From positions 1 through 42,419 of the IMG/VR virus record IMGVR_UViG_3300045988_017232: DNA of 42,419 nt; one strand, written 5' to 3'. Of this stretch, positions 26,842 to 34,161 are shown piece after piece. The position numbers and the translations under genes were made by a program. Every line of letters starts with the position of its first letter. The stretch's first letter is position 1. The notes under the pieces are model-generated. The model was given only the letters and a program-made list of their open reading frames with translations, searched no databases and had not been told where the DNA came from. The stretch is from a virus.

Positions 26842-26924
26842 CCTTTCGTTTTAAAACCTTACGCATATACAAGGTTTAATTTAAGCGGCTGCCCGTCCGC
26901 TTTTTCTTGCCCTGTTCTTTCCGT

Positions 26925-27674
26925 TTACGTTCGTCCGCGTTCCGGCGGGATTACATATTTAAAATAGAGATACCCATACTGTGTGCCTCTCGCCTCCACC
27001 AGCACATAGCCCCGCGGCGCCACCGGCGGTCGCTCCACGCTGTACTCGCGCACCGCCTCCGTCGCGGGCTCCGGCTCCGGCCGGACGCAGTTCCTGCTTG
27101 CCTTGTACCTGTGCCCGCCGAACTCTTTTCTCCAATGCGCGTGCAGGTAGTCAGCCAGCGCCTTATAATCCCGGCCGTGGTCGACTTTGTTTCCATTTTC
27201 GTTCATGTAATAGTTGTGTTCCCGCAAATGCCGAACCTCGATCACGCTGCCGAGGCCCCAGATCCTGCCGATCTCCTCCTCCGGAATGCCGTCCGAGATC
27301 ATGTGCAGATGGAACCGGCTCGTCGACTTGCCCTGCCCGTAGACAATCACGATCTTGGCGTTTGGGTATTTATATAGTAGGCGGCGGTAGAATCTGTCCC
27401 GGATGAGTTTCATCTCGGTGGCAGTATGTACCTCGTTCTCGGCGTCGAGTGTCAGCGTGGAATACAGGCTGGTCGGGCCGAAGTTGGCATTGACGAGCGC
27501 TTCCAGCTTCCCCTCGGAGATCTTCCGGTTGAATTCGTCCTGCTCTTCCCGCGTCTGGAAGCGCGGCTTGCGCGGTTTGCTGGTCTTTTTGTCCGCACCG
27601 TCGGACACGGTATACACGATCTGTGTACATACCTTCCCGGCAAACAGCCGGCGCTTGTGCCTCTTTGCCATCAT
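26925..27674 (-). CDS. HUH-superfamily Rep-like endonuclease (rolling-circle initiator type)
   Basis: Motif 1 STLTLD (nt 27444-27461), motif 2 FHLHMI (27297-27314), Tyr motif DYKALADYLH (27141-27170). The first two were verified codon by codon. The ATG at 27674 lies after GGAGAAAGAGG. Confidence 0.6.
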   Translation of the reverse strand: MMAKRHKRRLFAGKVCTQIVYTVSDGADKKTSKPRKPRFQTREEQDEFNRKISEGKLEALVNANFGPTSLYSTLTLDAENEVHTATEMKLIRDRFYRRLLYKYPNAKIVIVYGQGKSTSRFHLHMISDGIPEEEIGRIWGLGSVIEVRHLREHNYYMNENGNKVDHGRDYKALADYLHAHWRKEFGGHRYKASRNCVRPEPEPATEAVREYSVERPPVAPRGYVLVEARGTQYGYLYFKYVIPPERGRT

Positions 27675-27691
27675 CCACACCTCTTTCTCCC

Positions 27692-27713
27692 GGGCGGACA
27701 GAGCCGTCCGCCC
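27692..27713. other. GC hairpin immediately upstream of the Rep-like gene SD
   Basis: GGGCGGAC-agagcc-GTCCGCCC, with no U-run on the minus strand. Confidence 0.5.
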
Positions 27714-27723
27714 CTACAGGTCT

Positions 27724-27774
27724 TCTGCCCGCTCAAAGCGTGGCCGGATATTCCGGCCATGCGTTCAACGATCA
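27724..27774 (-). repeat. 51-nt hairpin-containing repeat, copy A
   Basis: TCTGCCCGCTCAAAGCGTGGCCGGATATTCCGGCCATGCGTTCAACGATCA matches copy B at 45 of 51 positions. It contains the stop codon of the gp49-like gene. Confidence 0.85.
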
Positions 27775-28199
27775 TCCGAACATGTCGCGTCGCCGCGGGT
27801 ACCATTTACTGCCGTCTGCAACAAGAACCCGAACAACATCCACACTTTGTCTTTCACTTTGCCCATGCAGATAGCTTCGCCCATCGTCTCGTCGTAGTTC
27901 TCGGCGCTCACGCAGCTCGAACTTTCAACGATTTCAAAGCCATTTCTAAGAACAGCCCTTACGATGGTCGTTTTTACTCCGAGCGTTTTCACCTCATGGA
28001 ATGCGATGAAATCATCAACCATCCTCTGGCTGATGCTCGGTTTCTCTGTTTTCAAGCATCCGTTCGCCAAAAGCGGCATGTACGCCTTTTCAAACACATC
28101 TGCTGGGCTAAAGCTCTCATACCCGTCCTCATACCGCACTCGGTATCCATTTTCTGTTTTCTCCGCCTCTACCATTTTTGTTCCGATGTACTTTTGCAT
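27765..28199 (-). CDS. N4 gp49 / Sf6 gp66-family protein (144 aa)
   Basis: AAAGGAGAA SD and the ATG at 28199. GVKTTIVRAVLRNGFEIVESSSCVSAENYDETMGEAI...KVWMLFGFLLQ matches the family pattern. Confidence 0.75.
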   Translation of the reverse strand: MQKYIGTKMVEAEKTENGYRVRYEDGYESFSPADVFEKAYMPLLANGCLKTEKPSISQRMVDDFIAFHEVKTLGVKTTIVRAVLRNGFEIVESSSCVSAENYDETMGEAICMGKVKDKVWMLFGFLLQTAVNGTRGDATCSDDR

Positions 28200-28236
28200 T
28201 TTTGTTCTCCTTTCTGTGCCCATAGGCTTCGGGCCA

Positions 28237-28287
28237 TCTGCCCGCTCAAAGCGTGGCCGGAGATTCCGGCCACAGTTTCAACGGTCA
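28237..28287 (-). repeat. 51-nt hairpin-containing repeat, copy B
   Basis: TCTGCCCGCTCAAAGCGTGGCCGGAGATTCCGGCCACAGTTTCAACGGTCA. It abuts the MazG-like stop codon. Confidence 0.85.
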
Positions 28288-28806
28288 GTTCGTGTATCCG
28301 CACGCCTTGCATGTGCATACGTCTGTCTCAGCGTCCCATTCGCAATCTGATGCCCCGCATTTCGGGCAGTACCCCCACGCGCCTCGCGCTCCTTTGGGAT
28401 CTGGCCCCGGCCCATTCAGCTTTGCATACCACAGATCCCCCTTCTGGCCCGGGTCTTCCCAATGTGCGGTATGCTCACGATTATCCCCGCGTTCCTCTCT
28501 TGCCTTCTTGATCCGCATTTCCAGACGAGCAAGCTTTTGCTTTCTGGCGTACTGTACCTCTGCCGCTACACCGAACGCCCACATCATTTCATCCAGTACG
28601 ATCTGCACGTCCGCGATCTCCTCGGCGATCTCGTCATAGTTGTCAATCAGTCCGTCCCCAAGCCCACCGCGGCCCGCAAACGTCACCCGCTGCGCCTTGC
28701 ACAGCTCCTTTGTCAGCTCTGCCATTTCTTCTATTGCAACCGCAATCTGCAAATCATAGCCAAATGTCTCAATCGCAGACCAATAGATGTTTTTTGTGTC
28801 TGTCAT
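28285..28806 (-). CDS. MazG-like nucleotide pyrophosphohydrolase fused to a C-terminal zinc ribbon
   Basis: EEMAELTKEL...EEIADVQIVLDEM helical acidic motifs. C-terminal CPKCG...CTCKACG. ATGA overlap with the upstream gene. Confidence 0.7.
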   Translation of the reverse strand: MTDTKNIYWSAIETFGYDLQIAVAIEEMAELTKELCKAQRVTFAGRGGLGDGLIDNYDEIAEEIADVQIVLDEMMWAFGVAAEVQYARKQKLARLEMRIKKAREERGDNREHTAHWEDPGQKGDLWYAKLNGPGPDPKGARGAWGYCPKCGASDCEWDAETDVCTCKACGYTN

Positions 28807-29153
28807 TCCTGCGCCGCCTCCATTTCCTTGCGCTCCTGCATAAAACCGTGCAGGAACAGCTCCAGCAGAGCGGCGGCGCGGTTGGTCAGCTTTGTGAAGT
28901 CCTTTTTGCTGATCTGGAGCTTGCCGGTCGTGACGACCTCCGTGTCCACGCTGCCGATGATCTGGATCGTCGGATTCGGCTCCAGCGTCTTTGAGCCGTC
29001 GTCCTCCACCCGGTAGAGCGGCGGCGTAGAGCGCTCCATGATGATCCGCGGCGGGTAAGTCTCGCCGTGGAAACTCGCGTCCCAGAATTGATTGTCGTAG
29101 TCCGCGACAAACTCATCCAGTTCTGACGCGAACAGTCCCATGATTCCTGCCAT
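28803..29153 (-). CDS. Hypothetical protein (116 aa)
   Basis: AAAGGAG lies 7 nt upstream of the ATG at 29153. No motif recognised. Confidence 0.7.
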   Translation of the reverse strand: MAGIMGLFASELDEFVADYDNQFWDASFHGETYPPRIIMERSTPPLYRVEDDGSKTLEPNPTIQIIGSVDTEVVTTGKLQISKKDFTKLTNRAAALLELFLHGFMQERKEMEAAQE

Positions 29154-29165
29154 TTTGATCTCCTT

Positions 29166-29555
29166 TCATACTTCCACGCACTCATCGGCGCGGATATTGA
29201 TGCGTTTGCCGCCGGACTGGATCACATAGCCGTACCGCTTTGTGCTTGTTGGCGGGCTGTATCTTTCCGCCGGGTAGATCTGCCCGACGACCGGGCTCAG
29301 CTCCGGATAGATCTCGATTGGCCTTGTAATACGGATGTTTACCCGGCTGTGCGGCAGGCGGAGCTCGCCGTTTTCGGCGCGCATGCGCTCTCCGCATTGT
29401 ATGTGTCCTTCGGCCCGCACTGCTTTGATGTTTGCGTTCCTGCATTTCGGTGAGCAGCACGGCTTGTATGTTCTGTACTGCCGCAGATAGCTCGGCGTCC
29501 GGTAAAATTCCTTCCCGCACTGCGGACAGATCAGTTTGACTAATTCCTGTTTCAT
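29166..29555 (-). CDS. Zinc-ribbon (CxxC...CCSPKC, FCS-like) protein, 129 aa
   Basis: AAAGGAAG SD. N-terminal ICPQCGKEFYRTPSYLRQ...CCSPKC. Confidence 0.7.
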   Translation of the reverse strand: MKQELVKLICPQCGKEFYRTPSYLRQYRTYKPCCSPKCRNANIKAVRAEGHIQCGERMRAENGELRLPHSRVNIRITRPIEIYPELSPVVGQIYPAERYSPPTSTKRYGYVIQSGGKRINIRADECVEV

Positions 29556-29933
29556 GGCGTTCTTCCTTTCGTCTGGGGGCCGGTATTCCGGCCCCCGTGG
29601 GCAGGACGGGCTTTCACCGTCTGCGCACCGGCGCGCCGCGCTCGCTTGTCAGACGCTGCGCATTTCCGGGCGAGCCGCCCTTGACTGCCGTCAGGCGGCT
29701 TATAAAAAAAGGAGGCAAGCGATGCACGGAGGCTATGCGAGACCCCCGTGTGGGGTAACGTTGACGGGTTCCGTTCGCGCGCACGTTCTACACGCGCCTT
29801 TTATCCCCGGCGCACAGAGCTTGAGGGAGCTTTCCGTGCGCCGGGTGCAAAGCCAGGGTGATCCTCCCGCAGCCGTCTCAAGGCAAAGCGGCTGCGGCAT
29901 ATGTCCAAAAAATAAGGTTCCCCGGCTGATTGC
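29556..29933 (-). other. 378-nt non-coding, GC-rich, hairpin-dense island (candidate structured RNA or cis-acting DNA element)
   Basis: No credible ORF on either strand. Stems: 29575-29596 (9 bp), 29618-29655 (6 bp), 29673-29700 (7+4 bp), 29742-29756 (5 bp), 29806-29845 (10 bp), 29867-29897 (9 bp). Confidence 0.5.
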
Positions 29934-30137
29934 CTATTCCTTGGTGCTGATATCCTTGTGCAGCAGGCCGTCCTCGCTCTTTTTGAACGGCAGCGCCTTG
30001 CGCCGCGCCTGCTCCTCCGGATTCCAGCCGCACCGTTCGCAGAAATCCGGTGCGAGTTTTGCGTACTGGCAGGCGTTTCCGCCTTTCGGCAGGCCGCACC
30101 CTGCGTGCGGGCTGCTCTCGTTTTTTTCTTCCGGCAT
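29934..30137 (-). CDS. Small Cys-rich protein (67 aa)
   Basis: AGGAG lies 9 nt upstream of the ATG at 30137. Contains CGLPKGGNACQY...FCERCGWNPEE. Confidence 0.7.
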   Translation of the reverse strand: MPEEKNESSPHAGCGLPKGGNACQYAKLAPDFCERCGWNPEEQARRKALPFKKSEDGLLHKDISTKE

Positions 30138-30139
30138 GT

Positions 30140-30574
30140 TTAAATCTCCTGTATGTCGATTCCAAATTTTGATCGCATGAATTTCCGGTTGCGCAGATAC
30201 TCCTTTGTCCGCGTCGGCTTGGACTTCACATCTTCGACGACGAGCTTGCCGCCGAATTTGTACGAAAAGTCCGCCGTGTACCGCACTGCGCGAATGCGCT
30301 CACCGGTTTCGGTGATGTAGCTCTCCTGCAAAGTGAACTGCGGTTGCAGGCGCAGATCGGAGATAATGCCAGCCCGGAGCATCACCATCAGCTCGTCATA
30401 CCGTCGCGCCTCCTTCTGGCTGTCGAAGCGCAGCTCTCCGCGCTCGGCGGGCGTGCTGTGATACTTCGAGGCCTTCTTTGGCGCCGCAGCAGCCCCCGGC
30501 ATCTGCTGCCGTGCATAAAGCTCCCGCATCCGCGGCGGCATGTCCGCCATTGATTCAAACCGCAGCCCGCTCAT
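30140..30574 (-). CDS. DUF1064-like protein (putative PD-(D/E)xK nuclease / resolvase-like)
   Basis: FDSQKEARRYDEL...GIISDLRLQPQF...YTADFSY...VVEDVKSKPT pattern. ATGA overlap upstream. Confidence 0.65.
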   Translation of the reverse strand: MSGLRFESMADMPPRMRELYARQQMPGAAAAPKKASKYHSTPAERGELRFDSQKEARRYDELMVMLRAGIISDLRLQPQFTLQESYITETGERIRAVRYTADFSYKFGGKLVVEDVKSKPTRTKEYLRNRKFMRSKFGIDIQEI

Positions 30575-30828
30575 TCGGTCGCGCCTCCCGTATTTGTCTT
30601 ATATTTTCCGTAGCTGCAAAAATCGAATGGATATGCCGATGGAAAAACACCTTTTTGCCGTGGATGCCCGCAGTTTCCATATTCCGTCCGATGCTTGCAG
30701 TCCTTGCACCTCACCACCTCCGCAACGTCGGCGGCGGGCACCTCATGCAGCTTTCGTACAACGTCCACGCCGAAAGTGTACCCCAGCAGCTTTGCAGCAG
30801 CTTTTCGGCTGATGTATTCGTCAGGCAT
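30571..30828 (-). CDS. Hypothetical Cys-containing protein (85 aa)
   Basis: VVRCKDCKHR...CGHP...DFCSYG. 8-nt overlap with the upstream gene. Confidence 0.7.
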   Translation of the reverse strand: MPDEYISRKAAAKLLGYTFGVDVVRKLHEVPAADVAEVVRCKDCKHRTEYGNCGHPRQKGVFPSAYPFDFCSYGKYKTNTGGATE

Positions 30829-31285
30829 GGTTGGCCTCCAATTTGCCTTTGTGTTTCTTCACGAGCTCCTTCGCTAAGTTCAAGCCGACTGCAGTATAGT
30901 CAAATTCGGAGTCCCCGATAGCCGGTTCAACGCATCCTTCCGTCCCACCATATGTGCCATGATGCTGTGCGAAGTCACTTCCGTCCGGGAAACGCACTGC
31001 ATAGCCGTCGTACAGGTGCTCTATCGTGCATTTGATTCCAAGATCGACGCAAAAATGGTACAATGCGCGTATTTCAGTGTATTTTGCTGGAAAATCTAAC
31101 GTTCTTTCCTCGTTTACCCTCCTGTTCCATGCCTCGACCGCTTCAAACCGGAATCCGTATTCACTCCCCGTCTGCGAAATATGGCATTTGGGGCAGGAAC
31201 ACAAATACCATTCTGTGAATCTGTTATGGTGTTTGGCTGCGACAGCTTCCCCGCCGCAAAACGGGCACGGTTTCAGTTCATCCAT
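30821..31285 (-). CDS. Lar-like (restriction-alleviation family) zinc-finger domain fused to a roughly 90-aa C-terminal domain
   Basis: LKPCPFCGGEA...CSCPKCH...EAVEAWNRR is the Lar-family signature. The remaining about 90 aa are unassigned. Confidence 0.65.
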   Translation of the reverse strand: MDELKPCPFCGGEAVAAKHHNRFTEWYLCSCPKCHISQTGSEYGFRFEAVEAWNRRVNEERTLDFPAKYTEIRALYHFCVDLGIKCTIEHLYDGYAVRFPDGSDFAQHHGTYGGTEGCVEPAIGDSEFDYTAVGLNLAKELVKKHKGKLEANHA

Positions 31286-31763
31286 CCTTCTTGCCCTCCA
31301 TTTTCCGCAAAGCCTTCTCGGCTTCTTTGTGGCTCAAAAATATAGTTTTTCCTATGGAACTTTCCACGCATGGGCAGAACGGGTACGTTTCAATGTCCCA
31401 CCGTCCCTGTATTGCGAAGTATTTCATTCTCCCGACTCGGTGCTCGAAGATTTCTCCGGCAAACACTCTGTATAATTTATCGCCCACCTTGCACGGCCGC
31501 ACGACGCACCGCCCGTCCTTGTCGGCCTCTGCAAGCTCGCGGATGTGATGGAGCAATGTAAGCTGCTCAGTCAGCGTTTTTGATTCTTTCAGTGCGTAAT
31601 CAAACAGTTTCCCCAGAGCGGTTACTTCTTCTGGCTCCCGCCCCGTGTCCTCGTAGGCCGCAAGTCGATCTGCCATCTGAACGACTTCGGTCATCGTTAA
31701 GTGGTACAGACCGTGCCCATTTACCAGAACACAATCTTCATTCCGGCTTGTCAGTCGCTCCAT
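31278..31763 (-). CDS. Hypothetical protein, paralog B (161 aa)
   Basis: GGAAGGAGG lies 6 nt upstream of the ATG at 31763 (MERLTS). It shares MERLT, RLAAYEDTG, ELAEADKDGR, PCKV and IGKxIFL with the upstream gene. Confidence 0.75.
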   Translation of the reverse strand: MERLTSRNEDCVLVNGHGLYHLTMTEVVQMADRLAAYEDTGREPEEVTALGKLFDYALKESKTLTEQLTLLHHIRELAEADKDGRCVVRPCKVGDKLYRVFAGEIFEHRVGRMKYFAIQGRWDIETYPFCPCVESSIGKTIFLSHKEAEKALRKMEGKKDG

Positions 31764-32184
31764 CGGCATCCTCCTTCCCTTGTGTTTCCCGCGAAGCCCT
31801 CTCGGCTTCTTCGCGGGTTAAAAATATGCTCTTCCCGATTGCATTTTTATCGAAAGCCGGGCCGCCTGCTGTCTCGTAGATGACCTCGCGCACCGTGTGC
31901 TCATACACCCTCACCCCGTCAGTCTCGTACACCTTGCACGGCAATATAATGACGCGCCCGTCCTTGTCGGCCTCGGCAAGCTCGCGGAGGCGGCTAGGCT
32001 CCACTCCCAGCGCCTGCGCTGCCAGATTTATCATCGTGTCCTCCGTAAATGGAGCCTTGATTTCCTCCGGCGTCAGGCCCGTGTCCTCGTAGGCCGCGAG
32101 GCGATCAACAAAATCCGCCTGGTACTGCACTCCGCTGAAATTTACCCGCCAGTATCCGTCTTTGAAATAAGTCAGTCGTTCCAT
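31738..32184 (-). CDS. Hypothetical protein, paralog A (148 aa)
   Basis: GGAGGAAG SD and MERLTYF start. Shares the motifs listed for paralog B. Confidence 0.75.
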   Translation of the reverse strand: MERLTYFKDGYWRVNFSGVQYQADFVDRLAAYEDTGLTPEEIKAPFTEDTMINLAAQALGVEPSRLRELAEADKDGRVIILPCKVYETDGVRVYEHTVREVIYETAGGPAFDKNAIGKSIFLTREEAERASRETQGKEDADGATDKPE

Positions 32185-32729
32185 AGCTCTTCCTCCACAT
32201 ACCGCCAGCTCTGCGGCGGGCGGGTAATTGGCCTGGGTTTTGCCTTGAGCGCTACCTCTACCTCATTTGGCACAGCGTAAAATTCCCGCAGTTCGCGCGG
32301 GGTATCGTAAATCCTGAGATTGGATATGTGCCAGCCGAAGCCGGTGGCAGCTCCGAGATACCGGTGCAGCTCCGCAGGCTCTAGGCAGGTTGGCCGCGCA
32401 GCATCCGACGGTATCCTTCCCGCGCCGTTAATGTTGATGATCTGATCGCACAGAAATTCCCCGATAACCTTTTGCCGCTTATCCCATAAGCCAGTGGTCG
32501 GCGCTTTTTCCGTCTTTATGAAAACCGGCTTGCCGTGATACGTTTCTCCATAATTCTCATCGCCGTCTTTCATAATGGTGAGTAGCTTTTCCTCCGGTTT
32601 TGTGCAGTAGATATAGCACTTAAACGGCGTATCCATCTTCGGGCGCGTCTTGCGCACCTCGATCGTTTTCTCTCCGCTTATGATCTTCTCGCACCACCTT
32701 GGTCTGATGCTGATTAAAACAGCTATCAT
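32172..32729 (-). CDS. ASCH-domain protein (185 aa)
   Basis: The ATG at 32729 overlaps the upstream stop (ATGA). N-terminus MIAVLISIRPRWCEKIISGEKTIEVRK is the ASCH/PUA-like signature. Confidence 0.65.
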   Translation of the reverse strand: MIAVLISIRPRWCEKIISGEKTIEVRKTRPKMDTPFKCYIYCTKPEEKLLTIMKDGDENYGETYHGKPVFIKTEKAPTTGLWDKRQKVIGEFLCDQIININGAGRIPSDAARPTCLEPAELHRYLGAATGFGWHISNLRIYDTPRELREFYAVPNEVEVALKAKPRPITRPPQSWRYVEEELWND

Positions 32730-33121
32730 GCCTTGTCTCCTTTCTCCGGTGCTCCCGGCAGCGGCATCCAGTCGGTAATCAAACCCTGCGGAACCTCCCA
32801 GTTGCGACACTCCCAACCGAGCCCCGGAATATACCGAGCCGCATCCACGATGCTTCCGCCTGCGTCCTTAAAAGCGATAAGGTATCGCTTAATATAATCT
32901 GCTGGCAGCTTCTCCTCCACGCTGATCCACTGCGGCACCTTCTCCCGCAGCGCCGCGCTCTCGGCGGTCAGGCGCTCGATCAAGTCAGCGGCACCAACCA
33001 TCATGTCGCCCATACAATCCTCGCTATCCTCGCTGTCAAACAATGGGCATTCCGCACAAGTTTGTGCGTCTGTTCTGCGGGAGCATATCCGCAGCGCCTG
33101 CACGATTTCCTTGTCTGTCAT
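32726..33121 (-). CDS. DUF551-like phage protein (131 aa)
   Basis: The ATG at 33121 is in an ATGA overlap. The C-terminus WISVEEKLP...ITDWMPLPGAP is DUF551-like. Confidence 0.6.
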   Translation of the reverse strand: MTDKEIVQALRICSRRTDAQTCAECPLFDSEDSEDCMGDMMVGAADLIERLTAESAALREKVPQWISVEEKLPADYIKRYLIAFKDAGGSIVDAARYIPGLGWECRNWEVPQGLITDWMPLPGAPEKGDKA

Positions 33122-34161
33122 GCTGTGCCCTCCATTGCCTTCCCCCACGCGGCCAGTTGGGCGCGGATGGCTGCGCAGAGCTTTCCGACCTTGTCCTCGT
33201 CCTCGATGCGGCTGACAGCCTGCGTCAGTTGGTTGAATGCCGCCTGCCACTGGCTGAAATGCAGGTGCGCGGCCGTCACGTCCTTGTCGGACATGGCGAG
33301 CTTTCTGCGCAGATCCTCGATCTCTCCGGTCAGACGCTCCTTTTCCGCGTCCGAAGAGGCGGCTTCCGCCATTGCCTTTGCCGCTGTCAGCTGCTGCTTC
33401 AGCCCTTCCGCCTCCTTGCGGACGCGCTCGATCTCCTGTTCGGTCTTTGTGGTCTGCTTCCGCCATTCGTCGGTCTTTTTGCGCAGCTCCGTTTCCGCCT
33501 GCGCCCGGACCTTGGCCTCCGCGTCCCGGATTGCCTGCTCGTCGTGCTGGACAGCGACCTCGACTGGGCGATTCCGGAGCGCTTCCAGCTCGTCCGCCAT
33601 GCGGCAGGCCTCGTCCTTCGCGGCGGTCAGCTCATCTTCCATGCCGCGCAGCTTCTCATAGGCTTCCTGCGCCTCTTTTTTCGCGTTCTCGGCGCGAAGG
33701 GAATCGCTGTTTGCCTGCCGCAGGGCGCTTTCACGCTCCTGCCGGGCGGCGTCCCGCTCCTTGATCGCTTTTTCCAGTTCCCGGGCGGAAAGATTCTCCG
33801 CATCGACTGCTTCGGCAAATTCCTCGCGCTCGTCTTCCGGCACGGCCAAAAGCCGCAAAGCATTGGAAATACTGAGATTTTGCAACGTTGACGATTCTGG
33901 CACAGCCCCGAAAATGCCGATCTGGGCCGCGCCGTATTCATTGAATACCCGCATAAATCTGGTCGCGGTCGCTTGGGAAAACTCCGTGTTTTCCTTCAGC
34001 CACGCGCCCCAGCCTCCATACGGGACCATGCTCTTTGCGGCCTCCAGCCGCCGACCGATCTCGACGCCATAGTAAAGCGTCATGGCCTTTGCCTGCCGGG
34101 TCAGCTCGCGGATCTCCGCGCCCAGCTTTTCCGGGGATACCATCAGATTCTGTTCACTCAT
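33118..34161 (-). CDS. DUF3102-like N-terminal domain + long coiled coil (347 aa)
   Basis: GVEIGRRLEAAKSMVPYGGWGAWLKENTEFSQATATRFMRV followed by about 200 aa of heptad-rich sequence. ATGA overlap upstream. Confidence 0.65.
   Translation of the reverse strand: MSEQNLMVSPEKLGAEIRELTRQAKAMTLYYGVEIGRRLEAAKSMVPYGGWGAWLKENTEFSQATATRFMRVFNEYGAAQIGIFGAVPESSTLQNLSISNALRLLAVPEDEREEFAEAVDAENLSARELEKAIKERDAARQERESALRQANSDSLRAENAKKEAQEAYEKLRGMEDELTAAKDEACRMADELEALRNRPVEVAVQHDEQAIRDAEAKVRAQAETELRKKTDEWRKQTTKTEQEIERVRKEAEGLKQQLTAAKAMAEAASSDAEKERLTGEIEDLRRKLAMSDKDVTAAHLHFSQWQAAFNQLTQAVSRIEDEDKVGKLCAAIRAQLAAWGKAMEGTA

Noticed and set aside
29742-29909. 55-codon minus-strand ORF inside the non-coding island (MPQPLCLETAAGG...)
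   Set aside because: There is no SD upstream of its ATG. The sequence is dominated by the arms of the hairpins, and it falls below any sensible coding evidence.
29536-30180. Plus-strand 214-aa ORF, including an internal ATG at 29722 with a textbook SD (AAAGGAGG + 7 nt)
   Set aside because: The product is Arg/Ser/Pro/Cys-rich with no structure-like pattern. The ORF runs antisense across the well-formed 67-aa minus-strand gene. The promoter candidate upstream has a 14-nt spacer. I treat the SD-like run as part of the non-coding island.
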